Below are positions 1-5,700 of a stretch of 15,908 bases of DNA, in pieces (within the stretch, counting starts at the first letter, position 1; each line of letters opens with the position of its first letter). Both the position numbers and the translations under genes were made by a program. The stretch comes from Longivirga aurantiaca (GTDB lineage: Bacteria > Actinomycetota > Actinomycetes > S36-B12 > CAIYMF01), in assembly GCF_042660085.1 (NCBI RefSeq), contig NZ_JBHSTI010000039.1:1-15908 (forward strand), written 5' to 3'. Below the pieces are notes generated by a model. The model made no database searches. It was not told the origin of the DNA and saw only the letters and a list, made by a program, of their open reading frames with translations.

Positions 1-2
1 CG

Positions 3-1544
3 GCGTTCCTCTACGTGACGAACTGGTGGTACGTGCTGGGGGACACGTCGTACTTCGAGGCGACGGGCCGTCCGCCGATGCTGCAGCACCTGTGGTCGTT
101 GGCGGTGGAGGAGCAGTTCTACCTGCTGTGGCCGGTGCTGTGCTGGTTGCTGTGGAAGGTGGGCCGCACCCGGGGGATCCGGGTGGGCGCTGTGGTGGGG
201 GCTCTGGTCTCGACGGCGGCGATGGTGTGGATCTCGGTCGCGCAGGGGATGCCTGAGGCGGCTGACCCGAGCCGGGTGTACTTCGGGTCGGACACCCACG
301 CGATGACCCTGCTCGTGGGCGCAGCCCTCGCAACCGTGTGGAAGGCCGCGCGGATCAACGCCGTCGTGACCGCGCGGGGGCGGCGAGCGGCGACAGGTCT
401 CGGTGTCGTCTCGCTCCTCGCGCTGCTGGCGACGTTCTGGTTCGTCGGCTACGACTCCCCTCTCCTCTACCTCGGCGGCTTCCTCGTGGTGGGGCTGATC
501 ACCGCGGGGTTCGTGGCCGCGGCGTCGGTGACGTCGTCGTCGTTCGCGACCGTGCTCGGTGCGCAGCCGCTGCGCTGGATCGGCGAGCGGTCCTACGGCA
601 TCTACCTCTGGCACTGGCCCGTCTTCATGGTGCTGCGTCCGGGCATCGACCTCGACGCCGAGGGCCTCGAGGTGCAGGCCCTGCGCCTGGCGATCACCTT
701 GGCGCTCGCCGAGCTCTCGTACCGCTACGTCGAGACGCCGATCCGCCACGGCCTCATCGGTCGAGCCTGGACCCGCTGGAAGGAGGCCGGCGGCTTCGCG
801 CTCGCCGGCCGCTCGGCCGTCGCCGTCGTGACGACGCTGACCGTCGTCGCGGCGTTGGGCCTCGGGCTCGCGAACGCGCGGACGACGACCTTCGAGGAGA
901 CCCTCGGCGGCGTGGACGGCGTCGGCAACGAGAGCCTCACGCCGCTGCCGTCGTCGACCTCGCCGACACCGACGCCGACGACCAGCGCGACCGGCACGGC
1001 GTCGCCGAGCCCGAGCCCGACCTCGACGCGTCCGTCCGACCGGCCCGAGCTCGCCGCGGGCGAGGACGCGTTCGGGCTGTCGTTCACCGCAGTCGGCGAC
1101 TCGGTCCTGCTCGGCGCGCGCGACTCCGTGCTCGAGATGTTCCCCGGCTCCACCGTCGACGCGACGGTGAGCAGGCCGTCGTGGGAGGTGTTCCAGCGGA
1201 TCCTCGACCGCCGCGCCGCGGGCAAGCTCGGCGCGGTGGTCGTGATCCATACCGGCACCAACGGAAGCATCGACGAGCAGCAGTTCGACGACCTGCTGCA
1301 GGTGCTGCAGGACCGCTCGCGCGTCGTGCTGGTGACGGTGAAGGCGCCACGATCGTGGACGCCGGAGGACAACGCGATCATCCGGCGCCTCGCGGCGAAG
1401 TACGCCGACGGCAACGTGCGGCTCGCTGACTGGGAGGACTACTCCCGCGGCAAGCGGGCGTGGTTCTACCCCGACGGCATCCACATGAGGCCGGACGGCG
1501 CCGACGCGTACGCCCAGCTGCTGCGCGAGGCGATCTCCCGCTGA
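3..1544 (+). CDS. Membrane O-acyltransferase (acyltransferase-3, OafA/OatA type) fused to a C-terminal SGNH/GDSL hydrolase domain; 5'-partial, running off the window start
   Basis: The frame (phase of nt 3) is open to the window edge, so the GTG at 15 in the ORF track is not the real start. The N-terminal two thirds is polytopic and hydrophobic, with acyltransferase-3 signatures 'HLWSLAVEEQFYLLWP' and 'ERSYGIYLWHWP'. A Pro/Thr/Ser linker 'PLPSSTSPTPTPTTSATGTASPSPSPTSTRP' joins an SGNH domain with blocks 'AVGDSV', 'HTGTNG' and 'PDGIHM'. Third codon positions are almost all G/C. Confidence 0.85.
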   Translation, partial: AFLYVTNWWYVLGDTSYFEATGRPPMLQHLWSLAVEEQFYLLWPVLCWLLWKVGRTRGIRVGAVVGALVSTAAMVWISVAQGMPEAADPSRVYFGSDTHAMTLLVGAALATVWKAARINAVVTARGRRAATGLGVVSLLALLATFWFVGYDSPLLYLGGFLVVGLITAGFVAAASVTSSSFATVLGAQPLRWIGERSYGIYLWHWPVFMVLRPGIDLDAEGLEVQALRLAITLALAELSYRYVETPIRHGLIGRAWTRWKEAGGFALAGRSAVAVVTTLTVVAALGLGLANARTTTFEETLGGVDGVGNESLTPLPSSTSPTPTPTTSATGTASPSPSPTSTRPSDRPELAAGEDAFGLSFTAVGDSVLLGARDSVLEMFPGSTVDATVSRPSWEVFQRILDRRAAGKLGAVVVIHTGTNGSIDEQQFDDLLQVLQDRSRVVLVTVKAPRSWTPEDNAIIRRLAAKYADGNVRLADWEDYSRGKRAWFYPDGIHMRPDGADAYAQLLREAISR

Positions 1545-1553
1545 ACCCGGGTG

Positions 1554-2822
1554 CTAGGTGGTGCTGTCCGGGACGAACTGGCCGACGTACGGCTTCACCC
1601 GCTGGTACGACTCGCGCAGGGCCGCCCGGACGTCGGGGTCGAGCTGCGAGCCCTTGTAGTTGCGGGCGTCGAGCACCTGGTAGCCGAGGGCCTCGACCGT
1701 GAAGGTCGGGATGAGCTCCGGCTTGCGGGCCACGACCTTGCCGTCGGAGTCGCGGCTCAGCGTGACGCGTCCGATCACGCTGTCGCGCGCGTTGGGGCGC
1801 CAGTTGATGAGGTTGCCGAGGCCGTACAGCGCGAAGCCGTCGGTGACCGCGGCCTCCGGCTCGGGCACGTGGCTCCCCGTGCCGACGACGAGGTCGACGT
1901 CGGCCTTCTCCAGCAGCCAGTTGTCCCACCGGGTCTGGTTGTTCGTGGGGGTGTAGTTGAGCTCGTCGGCGTCGTGCATCGACACCACGACGTACTCCGC
2001 GCCGAGCGCCCGCGCCTTCTTGACGTCGGCGACGATCCGCTCGCGCTGCGCCGTCGCCATCCGCCAGGGCTGGTCGGCGGGGATCGGGAGGCCGCCGACC
2101 TCGGTGTACGACAGGTGCGTGACCTTGAAGCCCGCGACGTCGAGCACGGTGGGCTCGAGACCACCGGGCCCGCCGGAGGTGCCCGCCTGGGTGAGGCCGG
2201 TGCGCGTGAAGGCAGCGAGCGTGGCGTCCGAGCCGCGGGCGCCGCGGTCGAGGGCGTGGTTGGACGCCGTCGAGCAGCGGTCGAACCCGGAGTCCTTCAG
2301 GGCGTCGATCACCTGGGGCGGCGTGGCGTAGCGGGGCTCCATGCCCTCGCCCTTCGGGATCACCGGCAACTCGAGGTGGCAGACCGCCAGGTCCGCGCCC
2401 GCGATGATCGGCTTGATCGCCGTGAACATCGGGCGGAAATCGAAGGTGCGGCCGCCGCCGTTGTTCAGCGCTCGGTCGATGAGCGACTGGTGCATGAGCA
2501 CCTCGCCGGTGAACACCAACGTCGCGGTGCCGCCGTCGCCCTGCCCCGCGCTCGCGGTGGGGTCGGGCGTGGCCGGCGGCTCGGACTCGGGCGACGACGA
2601 CGTCTCCGTCGGCTCGGGGGTCGTGGGCTCCGGCGACGGCGCGGCGCGGGTCGAGGCCGCCGGGCTGGGTGACGCGGAGGTCGGCATCGGGGACGCGGTG
2701 GGCGTCGCGGACTCGGCGCCCGTGAGCGAGCAGCCGGCGAGGCTCAGGGCCGCCGCCGCGGCCAGGAGGCTGACGGTGCGCGCATGTCGTGACCCGCCGA
2801 TGAAGGGGGGTTCCGCCTGCAT
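1554..2822 (-). CDS. CapA-family (PGA_cap, metallophosphatase-like) lipoprotein
   Basis: 422-aa ORF. The N-terminus 'SLLAAAAALSLAGCS' is a signal peptide with a lipobox Cys. It is followed by a Ser/Pro/Thr/Glu-rich linker and a globular domain with CapA-like motifs ('LVFTGEVLMHQS', 'CSTASNHALDRG', 'VVVSMHDADE', 'DLVVGTGSHVPE'). The family call is from remembered motif patterns, not from a search. Confidence 0.8.
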   Translation of the reverse strand: MQAEPPFIGGSRHARTVSLLAAAAALSLAGCSLTGAESATPTASPMPTSASPSPAASTRAAPSPEPTTPEPTETSSSPESEPPATPDPTASAGQGDGGTATLVFTGEVLMHQSLIDRALNNGGGRTFDFRPMFTAIKPIIAGADLAVCHLELPVIPKGEGMEPRYATPPQVIDALKDSGFDRCSTASNHALDRGARGSDATLAAFTRTGLTQAGTSGGPGGLEPTVLDVAGFKVTHLSYTEVGGLPIPADQPWRMATAQRERIVADVKKARALGAEYVVVSMHDADELNYTPTNNQTRWDNWLLEKADVDLVVGTGSHVPEPEAAVTDGFALYGLGNLINWRPNARDSVIGRVTLSRDSDGKVVARKPELIPTFTVEALGYQVLDARNYKGSQLDPDVRAALRESYQRVKPYVGQFVPDSTT

Positions 2823-2926
2823 GGCGGGACCTTATGTGAGCCGTGCGCGCGGCGCCGCACGGACAATGCGGCGGAACCAGCGCGTTGCAGGGATCGCCGG
2901 CTCAGCCGACGGCCGGAGCCACGGCA

Positions 2927-3646
2927 TCAGTCCTGGTCGTCGTGGTCGTCGCCGTGCTGGCCGCTCGGACCATTGCCCTGGGGGCCGTTGCTCGGTTTCG
3001 GCGTGGGTGCAGGGGTGGCCGTCGCGCTCGGCGCCGGGCTCTGGCTGGCCGTCGCGGTGGGCTCGGCGCCCGTCGAGCCCGTCCGCGCCGGGCCGTCAGA
3101 GTCCTTGTCGTCGTCCTTCGCCGTGCGGGTGGCGGTCGGGCGCACCTCGGCATCACCGTCGTCGTCACGGTCGCTATCGGCGGCCTCTGTCTCCTGCGCG
3201 CGCGGCGTGCTCGAGCGCGTCGGAGCGGGCCCGATCCGCTCTTCCGCCGTGCGCGACTCGGCCGGCTCCGGCTCGGCGCTCTCGCTCTCCATCGGTGCGG
3301 GCGTGCTGAGGACGGGTCCGGGCGCGTCCGGCCGCGGCTCGACGCCGGGGACGACCGGAGCGACGGACTGCGGAGGCCGCGGGGGCTCGACGTCGTCCGA
3401 GCGCAGCCGGGAGATCCCGACAGCTGCCGCACCCGTGACGGCGACCGCGGCGATGCTCGCGATCACCTTGGTGCTGAGACCGGCCTGCGTGGCTGCGCCG
3501 CCGAGGTGCCCCGTCGGGAGGGCGAGGGCGGGCAGCGGGACGAGCGGACCCATGAGCTGAGCAAGCGCAGGCGACGGCACGGGCCGCTGGGCGTCGGCCC
3601 AGGCCCGCAGCGTCATCTCGACCCCGCGTGAGGTCAGCGTGCTCAT
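2927..3646 (-). CDS. Single-pass membrane protein with an acidic, Pro-rich, low-complexity C-terminal region; candidate anti-sigma factor for the upstream ECF sigma
   Basis: I chose the ATG at 3646 (MSTLTSRG...), which has GGAGA about 6 nt upstream and lies 34 nt after the sigma stop. The longer track ORF (to 3829) overlaps the sigma tail and is Arg/Pro-rich shadow sequence. There is one hydrophobic helix, 'VIASIAAVAVTGAAAVGI', followed by a Pro/Asp/Glu/Thr-rich tail ending 'GQHGDDHDDQD'. I see no zf-HC2 (H-x3-C-x2-C) motif, so the anti-sigma role rests on position only. Confidence 0.55.
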   Translation of the reverse strand: MSTLTSRGVEMTLRAWADAQRPVPSPALAQLMGPLVPLPALALPTGHLGGAATQAGLSTKVIASIAAVAVTGAAAVGISRLRSDDVEPPRPPQSVAPVVPGVEPRPDAPGPVLSTPAPMESESAEPEPAESRTAEERIGPAPTRSSTPRAQETEAADSDRDDDGDAEVRPTATRTAKDDDKDSDGPARTGSTGAEPTATASQSPAPSATATPAPTPKPSNGPQGNGPSGQHGDDHDDQD

Positions 3647-3680
3647 CACGTCTCCGTCATCGGTTGGGGAGCCCCGCAGG

Positions 3681-4373
3681 TTACGGGTGCTCGAACGCCG
3701 TCCTGACCCGCGCGTCGGGCGGGCGGCCCTGGCCGGCGCGGTCGGGGGCGCCGCGGCGTGCCGGCGGCCGGTCGGGCGTGCCGCGGTCGGCCGCCACACG
3801 CACCGCCGCAGCGCGGTCCTCGGCGGCACGGCGGGCCGCTGCGACCGCGCGGTGGTGCAGCTGCTTGACCGCGCCGACGGTGCGACCGGTGGCCTCGGCC
3901 ACCTGCTCCACCGAGAGGTCGCCGATCGTGCGCAGGAGCAGCACCTCGCGCTGCTCGGGCGTGAGGGCGGCGAGCATCGCGCGCACCTCGACGTCGACGA
4001 TCTCGTCCATCGCGTCGTCCTCGGCGCTCGCGCTGCTGCGCGGGTCGGCCTCGGGCGTGTACTCGTCGACGTCCACCTTGCGGCGCAGCACGTCGACGGC
4101 CTTGTGGTGGGCGATCGTGAACAGCCAGGAGCGGAACGCCGCGGCGTCGCCGGTGAAGGTGCCGATCGAGGAGAACGCCGCGAGGAAGACGTCGCTGGTG
4201 ACGTCGTCCGCGGCGGTCACGCCGCGGGCCTTCAGGTAGCCGTTGACGCGGGGCGAGAGCGCCTGCCAGATCCAGCCGAACGCGTCGGTGTCCCCGGCCC
4301 GCGCCGCCGTCACCCAGGCGTCGAGATCGTGCTGGGGCGTCGCGTCGCGCCGTGCGCGCGCCGTCCAGCCCAT
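3681..4373 (-). CDS. ECF-type RNA polymerase sigma factor (sigma-70 family, regions 2 and 4) with a roughly 45-aa Arg/Pro/Asp-rich C-terminal tail
   Basis: Region 2: 'DTDAFGWIWQALSPRVNGYL...DVFLAAFSSIGTF...FRSWLFTIAHHKAVDVLRR'. Region 4 HTH: 'LTPEQREVLLLRTIGDLSVEQVAEATGRTVGAVKQLHHRAV'. I chose the start ATG at 4373 (MGWTARARR...), with GAGGGGA just upstream. The 170 codons upstream of it in the track ORF (to 4883) are Arg/Pro-rich with weak codon bias. The C-terminal tail has near-100% G/C at third positions, so it is translated. Confidence 0.9.
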   Translation of the reverse strand: MGWTARARRDATPQHDLDAWVTAARAGDTDAFGWIWQALSPRVNGYLKARGVTAADDVTSDVFLAAFSSIGTFTGDAAAFRSWLFTIAHHKAVDVLRRKVDVDEYTPEADPRSSASAEDDAMDEIVDVEVRAMLAALTPEQREVLLLRTIGDLSVEQVAEATGRTVGAVKQLHHRAVAAARRAAEDRAAAVRVAADRGTPDRPPARRGAPDRAGQGRPPDARVRTAFEHP

Positions 4374-4532
4374 CGCCGTCGTCCCCTCGTCGTGACTCCT
4401 CTCAGCATCGTCTGCCGAGGCGCGCGTCTGAACCGTGGGACGGGAGGCGTCACCCGTGGGGCGGCACGATGCCCTGCTCAGTGGTCGGGGTGGCGATTCC
4501 CGTTGCTGCAGATGGGTGAATCGGCGGCGTAC

Positions 4533-4575
4533 CCGTGACCGCCCGGGCACGCGCAGCGATGGCAGGGGTGAACTG
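4533..4575. repeat. Copy 1 of an imperfect direct repeat (core CCGTGACCGCCCGGGCACGC)
   Basis: The 20-nt core at 4533-4552 matches 4924-4943 at 19/20 positions. The ungapped extension to 43 nt matches at 34/43. Weaker similarity (9/18) continues upstream to 4515 and 4906. The copies are offset by 391 nt. Confidence 0.6.
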
Positions 4576-4703
4576 CTCGGCGGTCGATCGGCAGCACGGG
4601 GGTGTCGGTCTGCGGCACGAGCACGACGTCGGCGAACGGTCGTCCCACCCGGTCGCCGGCACGGTCGGTCGAGCGGGCCCTGACCTCCCGGCGGCAGACC
4701 CTG

Positions 4704-4748
4704 CCACCTGGGTGGCGCTCCCTTTGCGGGGGAGAGCCACCCAGGTGG
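4704..4748. repeat. Strong inverted repeat: perfect 13-bp arms CCACCTGGGTGGC (4704-4716) and GCCACCCAGGTGG (4736-4748), extendable by 5 more bp (4718-4722 with 4730-4734) around a 7-nt loop TTTGCGG. Each arm is itself a CCACC-N2-GGTGG palindrome.
   Basis: Base pairing was checked position by position in the sequence. There is one mismatch (4717/4735) between the 13-bp and 5-bp stem segments. It lies in the 614-bp divergent intergenic region. Confidence 0.9.
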
Positions 4749-4923
4749 GCCAGCCTCGCGGTGCCAGTCCGCGATGGGCTCGGATGTCGCAGTGGGCAGC
4801 GGCGTCGCCCGCTGCGGCATCCGAGCCATGGGCGCCCACGCCGCCCTCCCCTGCCTCCGCCTCGGAGCCCCTCGCGTCCTCAATCCGTGCTCATTGGCCC
4901 GAACGGGTTCAGGTCCGGCGATG

Positions 4924-4966
4924 CCGTGACCGCACGGGCACGCAGCGCGATTGCGGGAGTGTCCTG
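4924..4966. repeat. Copy 2 of the imperfect direct repeat (core CCGTGACCGCACGGGCACGC), 22 nt upstream of the 4988 start codon
   Basis: See copy 1. This copy sits in the leader of the small plus-strand ORF. Confidence 0.6.
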
Positions 4967-4987
4967 ATACCTCACGAGGTCGGCGTC

Positions 4988-5239
4988 ATGAAGAGCATCG
5001 GCGGTACGCACACCCGCTCCACGGGTGCGAGCACCCGCCGGAGCTTCGACCGGACGTCGGGGCGCCCCTGGCACACCGGCAGGGACGTCGTCCGCCTGGT
5101 GGGTCCGCCGGTGGTGGCCCTGGGTCTTCTCATCTCGATCCTTCATGCACCGCCCGGCCTCGCGGCCGAGCTGCCCAGTGCCACCACCGTCGGGAACGTG
5201 CAGCAGTCATCGCACTCATCCAGCGGGAGCACACCGTGA
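4988..5239 (+). CDS. Small hypothetical protein (83 aa): Arg-rich N-terminus, one hydrophobic segment, Ser-rich C-terminus
   Basis: ATG at 4988 with GAGG 8 nt upstream. By my count about 86% of third codon positions are G/C, against about 60% in the overlapping frame 1. The hydrophobic stretch is 'LVGPPVVALGLLISIL', followed by 'HAPPGLAAE'. The stop TGA (5237-5239) overlaps the next gene's GTG (5236-5238), giving a GTGA junction. I recognise no family. Confidence 0.45.
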   Translation: MKSIGGTHTRSTGASTRRSFDRTSGRPWHTGRDVVRLVGPPVVALGLLISILHAPPGLAAELPSATTVGNVQQSSHSSSGSTP

Positions 5240-5661
5240 CCACCCTCGAGACCTTCATCACCGAGCTCCACCCGCCAACGGCCGTCACCGAGCAGATCCA
5301 CCCTGCCGCCGTCCTCGCCGAGGAGCCCGGGCACGTCGTGATCATGGGGCTCAGCGCGATCGACGTCCGGCACAACGGCGTCTGGGACACCAGCACCGGA
5401 TCGTGGACTCGCTACGACCAGCCCTGGCGCTCGGCGCACGACCCGGGCGACGCCGTCGCCGTCGGCGCGGTCCACGTGACCTACGGCGTGCCCTCGCGCT
5501 ACGACATCACGCTCTACCGCGTGAGCATCACCGAGCACGGTGCCGGGCTCGGGTGGACCGTGCCGGCCCTCGTCGACGAGGTGCTGCGCCCGACGCGCCT
5601 GACGCTCGACACCATCCCGCGGGCCGCGCTGAAGGAAGCCCCGCGACCGTTCCGCTTCTAG
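5236..5661 (+). CDS. Hypothetical soluble protein (141 aa), no family recognised
   Basis: GTG at 5236 with GGGAG 7 nt upstream and a 4-nt overlap with the preceding small ORF. Third codon positions are almost uniformly G/C over the whole length. There is no TM segment. The upstream part of the track ORF (4951-5235) has poor codon bias, so I placed the start at 5236. Confidence 0.7.
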   Translation: MTTLETFITELHPPTAVTEQIHPAAVLAEEPGHVVIMGLSAIDVRHNGVWDTSTGSWTRYDQPWRSAHDPGDAVAVGAVHVTYGVPSRYDITLYRVSITEHGAGLGWTVPALVDEVLRPTRLTLDTIPRAALKEAPRPFRF

Positions 5662-5700
5662 GGCGACCGTCGTAGGCACCCCGGGCGGGACGGGCACGCG

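Noticed and set aside
4374-4520. ECF-type autoregulatory promoter (GGAAC-N16-17-CGTC-like) upstream of the sigma gene, and equivalent motifs upstream of 4988
   Set aside because: I found only partial matches (for example GGGAAT and GGTTCA on the minus strand, and CCGAAC ... CCGTGA on the plus strand), with wrong or uncertain spacing. This is not sufficient for a promoter call.
3681-4883. Long N-terminal extensions of real genes as drawn in the ORF track: 3681-4883, 2927-3829, 5701-7815, 9528-11960, 11582-12589 and 13301-14524
   Set aside because: The extensions are Arg-rich, overlap the upstream gene's coding sequence and have no domain content. Internal starts at 4373, 3646, 7350, 11585, 12394 and 14092 give canonical N-termini, RBS-like purine tracts or ATGA/GTGA coupling overlaps.
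4450-4967. ORFs 4450-4839 (-), 4602-4967 (+) and the upstream part of 4535-5239 (+), considered as real genes
   Set aside because: Third-position G/C is only about 75-80% by manual count, against about 90%+ in neighbouring genes. The phase pattern is ambiguous between strands, the products are low-complexity, and I recognise no motif. I kept the region as a finding (possible gene remnant) rather than annotating any of these as a CDS.
4988-5110. Possible twin-arginine (Tat) signal 'STRRSFDR' in the 83-aa protein
   Set aside because: The RR motif is separated from the hydrophobic segment by about 20 residues, whereas genuine Tat signals have the h-region almost immediately after the motif. I would not call it Tat without a predictor.
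4880-5146. 88-aa minus-strand ORF (MKDRDEKTQGHHRR...) opposite the small plus-strand gene
   Set aside because: It lies antisense to the better-supported 4988-5239 ORF, which has an RBS and GTGA coupling to the next gene. It is most likely a shadow frame.
5662-5700. Intrinsic terminator expected between the convergent genes ending at 5661 and 5701 (and likewise in 1545-1553)
   Set aside because: There is no stem longer than 4 bp and no T/U tract in the 39-nt spacer. The 9-nt spacer at 1545-1553 is too short for any hairpin.
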